A stretch of 64,000 nucleotides of DNA, taken from contig OX597818.1 in assembly GCA_951406725.2 (NCBI GenBank), positions 34,410,001-34,474,000 of the forward strand, given 5' to 3'. The stretch comes from Octopus vulgaris (taxonomy: Eukaryota). This document shows, in pieces, positions 39,138 to 53,643 of the stretch (position 1 is its first letter; each line of letters starts with the position of its first letter). The notes under the pieces are model-generated. The model was not told where the DNA came from. It saw only the letters and a list, made by a program, of their open reading frames with translations, and did no database searches. The position numbers and the translations under genes were made by a program.

Positions 39138-39459
39138 CTGTGTGGTAAGAACTTTGCTTCCCAACAACATGGTTCTGGGCTCAGTTCCACGCAGTCCCAC
39201 CTTGAACAAGTTGTCTTCTACTACAGTCTCGGGTCTTCCAAAGACTTGTGAGTGGATTTGGTAGATGGAAACTGAAAGACGCCCGTCTATATAAGAGTGT
39301 GTGTGTTGGTGCGTTGTTGTTGTTTTTGCTATTGTTATTCTTGTTGATATTTCGTTTTGCATTTATGCATAAGAAAAATTATTGTCATCGAGTATTATTT
39401 CTTACTATTTTTATAAAAAGCAACATATATTATTTTCCCCAAGAGTGGTGAATGTATAT

Positions 39460-39503
<44 letters not shown>

Positions 39504-39764
39504 ATACACATACACATATATATATGTACAATGCTATTAAAACACATACATGCAGATATATTTCTAAATTGTGCGCGAACACAGATACAAACAAAAACAA
39601 ATTTGTGCGTGTTTGTGTGTGTGTGTGTGTGTGTGTGTGCTTGAGTGTATTAGAGAAAGCAAATTTATAAAACCAGTGCATTAATAACAAAACTAATTAT
39701 TAAAATATTCCCTTTGGTATTGAATAAACTAAAAAAGACATTGTATTTACATATACATATACAT

Positions 39765-40200
39765 ATTGTTGGGATATTAAGTTTGTTCGATGGCGCTTGA
39801 TCGAATAAATATCCCGAATACTAGTGCTCTCAAATTTATAATTGAAATACTATACTGATGACGGAAATAAGGTATGAGTTGTTTTACATATCTTTAATCC
39901 AGAAACGCGTATATAGTTAATCAAAGCCGGGCGGATTCGTTATTTTTTCTCCTTGTCTTTGTGAGTTAAGAGTAATGCTGTCTGGGAGATATCTTATGGT
40001 AGTAGAATAGTATCTAACTGCTATTTCTAAATGTCGGTATGTGGTGGAGCAATTTTGCTAATCCCTAATTATAATTATGTTTATAATTATAATAATTTTT
40101 GTATAAGTTTACCGATAATGGTTCTTTTAACATACCAGACTACTTGGTAAGATTATTAATTATAAATTGATTTATTAATTTTACCCTTTATTATTATTGA
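39765..40200 (+). mobile_element. PLE pLTR-like non-coding element
   Basis: Carries the hammerhead; 39980-40195 is homologous to 57530-57790. Confidence 0.6.
39850..39916 (+). ncRNA. Type I hammerhead ribozyme motif
   Basis: CTATA-CTGATGA-CGGA...TCCA-GAAA-CGCG-TA-TATAG: perfect 5-bp stem I, intact core, palindromic ACGCGT stem III, GUA cleavage site. Confidence 0.8.
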
Positions 40201-40275
40201 TAATATACATATATTTGTATATATAAAAACAATTATCATAATTATGCCTAGAAACAAACACACTAACATACAGAA

Positions 40276-40353
<78 letters not shown>

Positions 40354-40784
40354 AGAGAGAGAGGGAATACTTACTCGTGAACAAATGTTATGGCAGTACG
40401 TAGCGATGTATTAAATAATAAGTTAAAAGCATATAATAAATTCACAAACAAGCGGGAAACGGATACAGAAGGTCGCCAACCCCTCACCAGTTATATCGGC
40501 CAGAGGGTCAAACGCAATTTGGCGTTTTAACGATATTACCGAATCTTCATCTGGTGGAGGCCGACGGCAAAAAAACGGCACCGGGAATTGGCGAGCCAAA
40601 AATCAAGATTGAAAAAGAAGAACTAGACATCTATGCGATATAGAAAGTTAACATAGAAATGTGGAATAAGTATTATTCAAAACGAGACAATTAGTGAACG
40701 GACGGAGTAGAGAGGAAAACAAACAAAACGCCTGTTGGCATGCGAACAAACCGAAATAAATAAACAAACAAGAGAGAGAGAAAG

Positions 40785-40881
<97 letters not shown>

Positions 40882-40924
40882 ATGTATGTATGTATGTATG
40901 TATGTATGTATGTATGCATGTATG

Positions 40925-41770
<846 letters not shown>

Positions 41771-41780
41771 ATATATATAT

Positions 41781-41842
<62 letters not shown>

Positions 41843-42147
41843 CAGAAAGAGAGAGTATATATGCAAGTTTGAGAGAGAAAGAATGAAAAAGAGAAGTGTG
41901 GAAGTATGTGCGTTTATGTATATCTGTTTATCTGTTCCTGAGCATTTTTTTTTTGTTATATTTTCTGTGAGTGTGCGAAAGAGTGTACTGTGATTTTGAA
42001 AATGCATCATGTACAAGAAGATTAAATGTATGAAAATATCATATTTATTACATTGAGAGCAATGTTCTTGTGAAATAATTGAACAAAGTGAAAAAAAGTT
42101 GGGTTTTTTTATCATTATTGGAAACGCAAAAATATTATAAATACATG

Positions 42148-42196
<49 letters not shown>

Positions 42197-42404
42197 CACT
42201 CCTGTCACAACCTGGGACCTTGAAGACTGCTTTACTGCAAGAAAGTATACTGATATTCAATATTTCATCTATTCAATTAGACAATCAATACTTCATCTCA
42301 TTTTACACTATATATACTATTTATACTATATATTCTATATTCTACATTAATATTATAAAGAATATAAATAAAACATAAAAACAGACAGAGTTGGAATTTC
42401 TTTG

Positions 42405-42473
<69 letters not shown>

Positions 42474-42573
42474 GATGCAAAATGTCATATATGTGTATTT
42501 ATGTATGTTTATATGTATGTGTGTATCTATATAGATATGTATATATGTATGCATGTATATATATATATGTATG

Positions 42574-42604
<31 letters not shown>

Positions 42605-42671
42605 GTATATATATATATGTATATGTATATATATATATGTATATGTATCTATATATATGTATATATAAATG

Positions 42672-42705
<34 letters not shown>

Positions 42706-42829
42706 CATATATATACATACATACATATATATATATAGATGCATGCATGCATGCATACATATATACATATATATATATAGATACACACATACATATAAAC
42801 ATACATATATACACATATATGACTTTTTG

Positions 42830-42902
<73 letters not shown>

Positions 42903-42926
42903 TACAAACAAAAACAAATTTGTGCG

Positions 42927-42977
<51 letters not shown>

Positions 42978-43417
42978 ATTTAAACAGGATGCATGTACGT
43001 AATTGTTTTGTTTTTCTGCATGAATATCAGATATAAATCGTTTAGTTCCCAAGAGTATCAAAAGCTTAAGCGAGGCCATTTCAGAATGGCAAAACGAAAA
43101 TATGTCATGGACACTATAGCTGGATGATACAGCGATACCCTAGCCTGGCGCAATTTTCGCAATAGTAGAATAATGATGGTGCTCATAATGGTAGGTAATG
43201 GTGATAACGACGACGACGAGGAAGAGGAGAAGAAATGCTATTTTGCGTCCTAGACATCTCATGTCAAACTAGCACTGCCTCCTTGAACAGTGATTTCAAA
43301 AACATTTTCCTATGTAGATATGTCAATCTTGTCTCCTTCAACAGTATTAAGACACATTCATTACAGATGCGCTATAGTATCTACTCACATCCCTACTTCG
43401 GGCCAACATGGTATTAA

Positions 43418-43686
43418 CACTTTTGTTAGCATATTCCTGTTGAAATGCATTGCTTTTGCTTCGATTAATTTTGAAAATAAATGAAGAATTTAGTAAAATG
43501 ATTGTGCCATTGTTAATCCTATGGGCGCAGGAGTGGCTGTGTGGTAAGTAGCCTGCTTACCAACCACATGGTTCCGGGTTCAGACCCACTGCGTATCACC
43601 TTGGGCAAGTGCCTTCTACTATAGCCTCGGGCCGACCAAAGCCTTGTGAGTGGATTTGGTAGACGGAAACTGAAAGAAGCCCGTCG

Positions 43687-43717
<31 letters not shown>

Positions 43718-44037
43718 TTGTGTGTCTGTGTTTGTCCCCCCAACATCGCTTGACAACCGATGCTGGTGTTTTTGCGTCCCCGTAACTTAGCGGTTCGGCA
43801 AAAGAGACCGATCGAATAAGTACTAGGCTTACAAGGAGTAAGTCCTGGTGTCGATTTGCTCGACTAAAGGCGGTGCTCCAGCACGGCCGCAGTCAAATGA
43901 CTGAAACAAGGAAAACAGTATGGTTGGAGCATAAAGTAACATGGAACTGTGAGGGATGTTTTTATTTAGACACCATTAAACATGAAGTTTATATCAAAGG
44001 AGGGGGGACGGTCTCAGACGTGTTGGTATCAAAAGGG
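43418..44037. mobile_element. piggyBac-type MITE with a SINE A insertion (43523-43910)
   Basis: TTAA|CACTTTTGTTAGCA ... TGGTATCAAAAGGG|TTAA. Confidence 0.65.
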
Positions 44038-44459
44038 TTAAATCTTCCAAATCACTATATATGTTGGAACTCTCCATCACCGATGACCATATATGGCGAT
44101 CTCACATCACAACTTAACAACAACAAAAATTTCGTCAGTGCCACAGGTTATTTTAGTTCCGAATAATTGCTGACTGTCAACAAGGCTCTACTCATATCCA
44201 CACTAGGGTAGTACTTCCACATCTGTGACGGTGCTGCACTTGTGCATATACACATCTTGGACTGTTTTTTCTCTTTTAAAAAAACACCATCCTCCTAATC
44301 GTTATGGAGTCCTTTTCAATGTGCTACAACATCTGTTACACAGATACGTTGTCGCTTCTTCACACTCTGTCTTTTTTTCTATTACAACTGCAATGTCCTC
44401 TACTCCTCAGAGCTAGCAGCTGCGTACAATCTGACACATTTATCTCTTCATCTACATTC

Positions 44460-45052
44460 TTATTTCTTTATTGCACACAAGGGGCTAAACATACAGGAGA
44501 CAAACAAGGACGGACAAAGGGATTAAGCCGATTACATTGACCCCAATGCGTAACTGGTACTTAATTTATCGACCCCGAAAGGATGAAAGGCAAAGACGAC
44601 CTCGGCGGAATTTGAACTCAGAACGTAAAGTCAGACGAAATACCTGTTTCTTTATTACCCACAAGGGGCTAAACATAGAAGAGACAAACAAGGACAGACA
44701 AAGGGATTAAGCCGATCACATCGATCCCAGTGCGTAACTGGTACTTAATTTATCGACCTCGAAAGGAGGAAAGGCAAAGTCGACCTCGGTGGAATTTGAA
44801 CTCAGAACGTAAAGTAGGCGAGTACCTATTTTTTGCTACCCACAAGAGGCTAAACACAGAGGGGACAAACAAGGACAGACAAAGGGATTAAGTCGATTAC
44901 ATCGACCCCAGTGCGTAACTGGTACATAATTTATCGACCCCGAAAGAATGAAAGGCAAAGTCGACCTCGGCGGAATTTGAACTCAGAACGTAAAGTCAGA
45001 GGAGTACCACTAAGCATTTCGCCCGGCGTGCTAACGTTTCTGCCAGCTCACC
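44460..45052 (-). mobile_element. SINE family B tandem trimer
   Basis: Three ~180-bp head-to-tail units. Confidence 0.85.
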
Positions 45053-45359
45053 TCTTCATCTACATTCTGTCTCTCCTCATCTCCCACGTTATCTATTATG
45101 CTCTATTCTTTTTACCCAGAACATCGTCCCTTTCGAGTGTCCATTTCACCCAAATTTTTTTCTGCAATGTTTGCTATCAACGTCAACAATGTCAGTCTCA
45201 CGGTCTCAGAAGACGTGCAAAAGTCACAGAGGCCGACTTGTCCTCAAGATTAAACTTTTTTTTTTGTAGATAAATAGGCTAAAATTGTTTTGGTGGAAAG
45301 TGTTGTCATTTAATCAACTTCATTACATGACTGGTATTTATTCATTAACTCATGATAAA

Positions 45360-46400
45360 AGAATGAAATCAGAGGCATCACTAAAAGAGAAATGTACAGA
45401 AAGGATTATTGAGTAAAGAAGAGCGAACTGAAAGATATCGACAGAAAGACGATGTGGCAGCTAACAATACACAGAAGTTTGCATCTCCAGTCGCTGGATG
45501 AGAACTTTAGGATCTTTACCTTTTGATCAACAGATTTAAAAAATAATTTTTTGTAACCCTAACCCTGAAACCCTAACCCTAATCCTGACTCTAAAACCCT
45601 AATCCTAAAACCCTAACCCTAAAACCCTAACCCTGAAACCCTAATCCTAACCCTAAAACTCTAACCCTAACCCTAAAACCCTAACTCTAAAACCTTAAAG
45701 CTAAAACCAGTACAAACGCACGAACGATGTCATAAATAACAGTGACAAACGAAATATATACCGCCGATAGTTGTTGTTGACAAACAACGGCAGTAATTTT
45801 ATTCAGCTGAATACACGTCATTGATTGGTTGAAATTACCGAAATACGACAACTTTAACAAAAAATAACTTCCAAAATACAAAATTTTCTCAACAACGCCA
45901 AGAGTAAAAGATGTTTTATGTGAACATTCTACAAGTATACGATGTTTGAAAGTGTTTAGTTACAAAAAAAATATTTTTTAAATCTATCGGTCAAACGGTA
46001 AAGATCCAAACTTTATATTTGAAAAGAAAAGGGAGGGGAATGATGAGTGTTGAGTAGCTTGTACAGCTAGAGAAAACAAGAAGCAGTCTATAAGAAGGTA
46101 ATAAGTGAAGGCCTTTTTACTGAGTTAGTGGAACCCAAAATAGAAGGGAGAAAAACAAGAAAATGCAAGGGGCAAAATAAGTCAACTTTAGAAGTAAAAT
46201 GTTCCGTTCAGTTTTTCAACAACTCAAGTGTTAAGAGGTAACAAGGGAATGTTGGCTTAGGTTAAAGAAAAAAAGGATTAAAGAAAGACCTTAAAAGAAA
46301 AGGGGTTCATGACAGAGGTGGATAAGCAGGTATGCCCACCCAGAGTGTTGATTGTTCGATGGATCAGATGAGACTGTAGCTCATTATTGCAGAATGTTGA
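45360..46400 (+). pseudogene. Degraded RLE-type (R4/Dong-like) LINE fragment
   Basis: ELKDIDRKT..QLTIHRSLH...LYLKRK.GRGMMSVE...GLKK...DETVAH is collinear with the element at 60.9-64 kb; interrupted by a MITE. Confidence 0.7.
45510..46007. mobile_element. MITE with internal telomere-like (TAACCC) repeats
   Basis: TIRs GGATCTTTACC.TTTGA.C.A.AGATTTAAAAAATA; TSD-like GAACTTTA / AAACTTTA; an empty-site-like version sits at ~26080. Confidence 0.8.
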
Positions 46401-46703
46401 CAGTCAGCTGGAAATGAATTTTTTTTTAATGTGTGGGTAAGATATGACTGCTGTAATAATTCACTGGAAATTTTTTGCAAGAGGTTCGGTTTTACATGCA
46501 CAGAAAAGAGTTTTTGGTGGCAATTTTGCGTGAATAGAAGTAAAAGATTTCAGAAAAAGATGAAACAAGCTTGTTATGAAACATTTCTATAGAAAACCGA
46601 AAGGAGAATAGAACATATGGGTATGTGTCTGTGCTTACACACATACATATATACAAATACATAGATATAGATAGATAGATATACAGAAACATGTACCAAT
46701 ATT

Positions 46704-46751
<48 letters not shown>

Positions 46752-46843
46752 TGTGTATACACACACACATACAAATAGATATATACAAGAATATTTACGT
46801 ATCTGTATTGAATATGCTTATATATATACATACATATATATAC

Positions 46844-46893
<50 letters not shown>

Positions 46894-46894
46894 T

Positions 46895-46946
<52 letters not shown>

Positions 46947-46999
46947 GTATATATATATATATATACATACATATAAATATATACATACATATATATATG

Positions 47000-47086
<87 letters not shown>

Positions 47087-47739
47087 ATGTATGTATGTAT
47101 ATATATATCAGCTAAGTTGCCAGATCTAAACTCACTATAAGAGATGTAGTAAGTTGTAACTCTTCTGAAAAGTAACGGTTATAACAACCATTACTTTGTG
47201 GGAGGGGGGTTGGGGTGCATATGTATGTATGTATATGTGTGTCTATGTGTGCATTTATGTATGTATATACTCCTTTCAAAATACAAATGTAAACATAAAA
47301 TATATAAAAGACGGTGCTTTCTGTTGGACAAATAACTACAGAAAGGCGTTGCTCTCAGAAGATCACATCTGCTCGCCTTCATAAATATCTGCAGATGCTG
47401 TTAAGAGATCGAGAAACCCTTGTAGAGCAGTACTGGAAACGGACCCGCCTTTTAATCTTTAACAACTTTATTCCCTCCACCCCCTGCACAATAAGTATTC
47501 AATATACCAAAGGAGTGCTGGCATTATTTTTCAACTTCATCGTAATTAATTTATTTAAAAAATTTGTTCAACCCCAGCATGACCACAACCCCTGGTCGAA
47601 ACCGATAATAGAATAATAGAATATATAAATTCTTGGGGATTTTCGTTAATTTTCATGTAATTTCAGCCTGAAATATTCCAACCATTTGATCAATAGTCGT
47701 AAACAGGATGTTTCTAAAAATATATCCATTCATAGACAT

Positions 47740-48482
47740 AGGAGTGGTTGTGTGGTATGTAGCTTGCTTACGAACCACATGGTTCCGGGTTCAGTTCCAC
47801 TGCGTGGTACCTTGGGCAAGTGTCTTCTACTATAACCTCGGCCCGACCAAAGCCTTGTGAGTGGATTTGGTAGGCGGAAACTGAAAGAATCTCGTCTTGT
47901 ATATTTCCTTGGGGCCGGCCAGATTAGAGCAATCTCGTGAGTAACCGGCCGAAACTGCAAAGACAACCTGCTTCTCGACTGATGATTGAAAGCTCCGAAT
48001 GATCCGTCCTTGTTTTTTCCTGTCGTTTTTTGTATCGTCTAACTGTCCGAATAATTTGTTGTCGCCTGTTACGTTCTTGTACCATTTTTTATTTTGAATT
48101 TTTATATATGCATATAGCGGCGTACGAATACTTTTGGTCTCCTGTATGTAAAAGTACTCGGAGTTTTATAGATTTGGTAGACGGAGTTTTATAGATTTGG
48201 TAGACGGAAACTGAAAGAAGCCCGTCGTATATATGCATATATATATATATATATATGGATATGTGTTATGTGTTTGTGTGTCTGTGTTTGTCCTCCCAAC
48301 ATCGCTTGACAACCGATGCTGGTGTGTTTACGTCCCCGAAACTTAGCGGTTCGGCAAAAGAGAACGATAGAATAAGTACTAGGCTTGCAAAGAATAAGAC
48401 CTGGGGTCAATTTGCTCGACTAAAGCCGGTGCGCCAGCATGGCCACAGTCAAATGACTGAAACAAGTAAAAGAGTAAAAGAG
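47740..48482 (+). mobile_element. SINE A / PLE-like composite followed by a SINE A 3' part
   Basis: Homologous to 22605-22965; SINE A body and tail at 48170-48482. Confidence 0.7.
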
Positions 48483-49250
48483 TCACCGAAACTGTTTGTC
48501 CGTTCGACCCACGCATGAGCATAAGAAATTACTAACCAAAATTATTTACTTTCGACTGTTTTTTTTTATATAAAGGAAAACAATTTCTTCATAAAAACAC
48601 TTCCAATTCTCTCGCATTAAAGTTTTCATTTTCGACTTCTTTTGACTGGGTTGCGATAGAAATGGTATTCAGACTTTGTAATGTAAGCGCTTCTTTCAGG
48701 ACACAAATCACAGAAGGAACTCACCATAACAATGATAACAAATACAACATAACAAAAATGTTATAGTGTTACTGCTGATTACGACTGTGTAAGACATGGT
48801 TCTGGAACGGAGCCATTGACGTTGCCTCTACATGGTCATTTTTACCTGCTAAACATAGCAGTCAAATCTCCTTCAAACGACACGTTATTGTCTTTAAGAA
48901 GTCAAATTGATGTAGATTAAAATACCTTATGTAGAAGTAAAAGGTGGAATGGTCGCGACTGGATTGCTTTTAATCATTTGTCTGTAACAGTATGAAGCTA
49001 GGCAACAACAGCTATTCTCTCTGGTGCATTCTTCTATTTTTTTTTCTTTTACTTGTTTCAGTCATTTGACTGCAGCCATGCTGGAGCACTGTTTTGAAGG
49101 GTTTTAATCAAAAAGGTCGACCCCAGGATTTATTTTTTTAAGCCTAGTACTTATTATATTGGTCTCCTTTGCATAAACACATTAACACCGGTTGTCAAGC
49201 GGTGATGGTGATACAGACTCAGACACAAAGACACACACACATAGATATAC

Positions 49251-49418
<168 letters not shown>

Positions 49419-49419
49419 T

Positions 49420-49730
49420 TTGAATAATTCACCTCTGGAAACATGGGTGTTTCATTCAACATCCTTAAACAACCCTTATTCAGGGACCTTTTGAGCAGGA
49501 TGGGTTACTCGACCGGAAGAAAATTCTAAGTGGGCCCCACCTGCAAGGTCATGTGCTGTTTATCTTGATATGAGATCACCACGTCGCGCACATATGGTTG
49601 ATATGCATGTGCCTAGTGTACCCTTATCAGACGGGTAGTCATGATGGGTATATTGGGCTTCGTATATTTTACCCCAGTGTCACTTTGATGGCATGAACTG
49701 CTCTCTCACTCAATAATAATAATAATAATA
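49420..49730 (+). mobile_element. (TAA)n-associated non-coding retroposon, 5'-truncated copy
   Basis: Homologous to 53905-54100 plus 54411-54515; follows a (TAA)n tract (49252-49417) and ends in (TAA)n. Confidence 0.65.
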
Positions 49731-50741
49731 GAAAATGCGAATGTGTCACACTTTTTCAACTTTATTCCTCCGACCCCCTCTCTCACTATTCAATGACACT
49801 TCTACTATTCCTCATGCTTTATCCCATCTCTCGTTATTCAATGACTCATCAACTATTCTTCATTCTTGGTTTTTTCTTTATCCTAACACTTTGAAAAAAA
49901 TATTTCTCTAAATATCATAACTATTTCCAAAAGTAATTTCCAAAATAAACATTTTGAAAAATATTTTTCTCTGGATATTATAACTGTATCAAGTAATTTA
50001 GCCATAACACATGCTTCATACCATTCGGAACAATACAATATTACCTCTCATAACTCGCTACCTGAAAAATGTTGGAAACTTAGTATTTTTTCAGATATTA
50101 ATAAAATTTGTCGGACCTATTTTCATGCCGTCGGCCGTCGGAGCTATGGAAACTTAGCGCACTCCGACTGCATGAAAATAGATTCGACTAATTTTATTAT
50201 TACCTTAAAAAAATTTTTTTTTAAATACTAAATTTCAAACATCTTTATGGCCAAATACGTTTAGAGTAATTCCAAACCATAACAATAGCACTTTAAAATA
50301 GTGTTTGGTAATAGTGGTGTAATTTTCTTTTTAACTACGAACAGGAGTTTAGATACGTCCAGCTATACAAATAATTGTTTGTACGAGAAGTAAGGCCCTA
50401 TGTACATCAAATTGTCTTTAAATTAAGTGACGGTAGAAGGATTATCGTTGAACTTTTAAAAGGTAAGTTTATTGTAGACTACGGCCAGCTATATGTCGGT
50501 TTTTCAAGGGTAGGGAATGGAAACAAGCTATTTGTACTGACCCCGAACGGGGAGACGAAAATGTTGTTTATCATGCAGCTTCGCAATAAGTTCCAAGTCG
50601 ACAAACTATATCATTGTTTTGATGAAAATTGTTCATTGCTTGAAAAATATTGTTTAAATTTAATAAGTACTCAATCCATGAGGTGTCATTGTTGGGCCCA
50701 AGGCCCAATGAAGAGCCCGCCATTGGAGGCTTTTAAGCTAG
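49730..50741 (+). mobile_element. Helitron 3' remnant
   Basis: PIF1 helicase motif VI-like YGQLYVGFSRVG...TKNVVY (~50480-50575); subterminal hairpin and CTAG|T end at 50738-50741. The 5' limit is uncertain. Confidence 0.7.
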
Positions 50742-51039
50742 TATATATGTGTGTGTGTGTGTGTGTGCGTGCGTGTGTGTGTGTTTATGTATGTATGTAG
50801 GTATGTATGTATGTATGTATGTATGTATGTATATACATGACATACTTCTTTCAGTTTCCGTCTACAAAATCCACTCACAAGGCTTTGGTCGACCCGAGGC
50901 TATATTAAAAGACACTTGCTCAATGTGCCATGCAATGGGACTGAACCCGGAACCATGTGGTTGGGAAGCAAGCTTCTTAGCACACAGTCACGCCTACACT
51001 TATATATAACTTTCTTTTAACTTGCTGTATCAAGAAGAC

Positions 51040-51300
51040 ATCAATGCTCGTGGACTTTGCAACCCTTGTTAGATCCATTCCATTGATATTCCTCATGAAA
51101 CGTAGGAACATGGAAGAAATTCCAGACGGCCGACGTTGTGGGAAGTGAAAGACTGGAAGCAGTGATTGGTGCAGGACCCGGAAGGGCGATGAGAAGCAAA
51201 GAAAGAAAGCGGGAATGCTTGAGTGGAGACTCCATTATCCCAACCAGCTCCAAGTGGCAGCGGCCATTATAGTATTTATTTAATAGAAAAAGCATGGAGG
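51040..51300 (-). mobile_element. CR1/L2-group LINE C-terminal remnant
   Basis: KYYNGRC.LEL......S.VWN pattern resembling the FY.YY.G.CS.EL...LWNSLP C-terminus. Confidence 0.45.
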
Positions 51301-51786
51301 AGAGATAGTTCCCCTATAGGTCTGTGATTGACGAAAAACATTAATCCTGGCCATGAATACAACGCAGTGTGCCGACAACAGGAAATCAGCCACCAAACCC
51401 TTCGGCTGTCCGATAAATCAAGTAATTAAACAATGTGCCGCATTCACTGTCAGGTGAACAATTAACTAATTATAATCGATCATCTGGCTAAAGACTAGAA
51501 TTATTTTTATAGGTTCTTTATTTTCGTCTTAAGCGATTAAAGGCTGAGTCTTTCATCCTAATACTTGATTTTAAAACTGCAATAGTAATCAAATTTGGTC
51601 TATTTATATTTCATATGCAGTAAAACGACAGGCCTCATCACCATTGCTGTTGTCTTGTTAGTATTTGCACATGTTTCCGGATATGTATAAAATGTATCTT
51701 ATCCAAATAAACCCCTTTGCGTCAGCATATGGACATTATTTTAGGAATGACAATCATTTCCCCAAATGTCTGTCCACATTTCAACA

Positions 51787-51831
<45 letters not shown>

Positions 51832-52049
51832 TTAATCATATTAGAGGGTACAGGAAGCACCAGTTTGCTAAAGAGTGGAAGTAAAAACCTCCGATTTAAC
51901 CACTAATCTTACTGAAAATATGTAACGGACCAGCAGAAATCGGGAAAACGAGTGGAATTTAACATATTTTCTCAGCTAAAAAGCCGTAGAATAAGATAAT
52001 AGATATACCTGGATCATGATTTCGAGTTCTGGTTAGAGCTTAATTGTTA

Positions 52050-52435
52050 ACGCGCCGGGCGAAATGCTTAGCGTTATTTCGTCTGCCATTACGTTCTGAG
52101 TTCAAATTCCGCTGAGGTCGACTTCGCCTTTCATCCTTTCAGGGTCGATTAAATAAGTACCAGTTACGCACTGGGGTAAATATAATCGACTTAATCCGTT
52201 TGTCTGTCCTTGTTTGTCCGCTCTGTGTTTAGCCCCTTGTGGGTAGTAAAGAAATAGGTATTTCGTCTGCCGCTACGTTCTGAGTTCAAATTCCGCTGAG
52301 GTCGACTTTGCCTTTCATCCTTTCGGGGTCGATTAAAAAAAAGCCAGGTACGAACTGGGGTCGATGTAATCGACTTAATCCCTTTGTCTGTCCTTGTTTG
52401 TCCCCTCTATGTTTAGCCCCCTTTGGGCAATAAAG
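52050..52435 (+). mobile_element. SINE family B tandem dimer
   Basis: Two head-to-tail units. Confidence 0.85.
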
Positions 52436-52689
52436 ATTTAAATTTTCCTTAGCAGGTCTCACTGGGCCTAAAATGTAAAATCCGTCTCACCTCGTTGTAA
52501 TTCGTTGGTCCGTCATATATTTTCAGTAAGATTAATGGTTTAATTGGAGGTTTTACTCCCACTCTTTAGCAAGCTGATGTTTCATGTACCCTCTAAGATG
52601 ATTAAGAATTTATTGTATAGCTGTTTAGCGCTAATATCGCTTGCTGCCACTAATGTTATTATTATTATCAATTTTTCATATTTGCCCCT

Positions 52690-52690
52690 G

Positions 52691-52764
<74 letters not shown>

Positions 52765-52825
52765 GAGGAGGAGAAGAAGAAGAAGAAGAAGAAGAAGAAG
52801 AAGAAGGAGAAGATTGATAATAATG

Positions 52826-52884
<59 letters not shown>

Positions 52885-52999
52885 AAGAAGAAGAAGAAGA
52901 AGAAGAAGAAGAAGAAGAAGATTGATAATAATAATAATAATAATAATAATGAGGAGGAGGAGGAGAAGAAGAAGAAGAAGAAGAAGAAGAAGAAGATTG

Positions 53000-53054
<55 letters not shown>

Positions 53055-53472
53055 TAACAATAATAATAATTATAATAATAATAATAATAATAATAATAAT
53101 TATTTCTTTACTGCCCACAAGGGGCTAAACATAGAGAGGACAAACAAGGACAGACATAGGTATGAAGTCGATTACATCGACCCCAGTGCGTAACTGGCAC
53201 TTAATTTATCGACCCCGAAAGGATGAAAGGCAAAGTGGACCTCGGCGGAATTTGAACCCAGAACGTAACGGCAGACGAAATACGGCTACGCATTTCGCCT
53301 GCCGTTACGTTCTGAGTTCAAATTCCGCCGAGGTCGACTTTGCCTTTCATCCTTTCGGGGTCGATAAATTAAGTACCAGTTACGCACTGGGGTCGATGTA
53401 ATCGACTTAATACCTATGTCTGTCCTTGTTTGTCCTCTCTATGTTTAGCCCCTTGTGGGCAGTAAAGAAATA

Positions 53473-53514
<42 letters not shown>

Positions 53515-53540
53515 GTTATTGTTATTATTATTATTATTAT

Positions 53541-53575
<35 letters not shown>

Positions 53576-53579
53576 TAAC

Positions 53580-53640
<61 letters not shown>
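52690..53640. repeat. (TAA)n/(GAA)n compound microsatellite containing a head-to-head SINE B palindrome (53100-53472)
   Basis: Arms end at 53281 and begin at 53292; 10-nt spacer. Confidence 0.9.

Positions 53641-53641
<1 letters not shown>

Positions 53642-53643
<2 letters not shown>

Noticed and set aside
40480-40560. Additional hammerhead on the minus strand
   Set aside because: Both core segments are altered (CAGATGA, CAAA) and the stems are unconvincing.
52544-53128. Poly-I/poly-R ORF, and the poly-N (49169) and poly-D (59436) ORFs
   Set aside because: Trinucleotide microsatellites.
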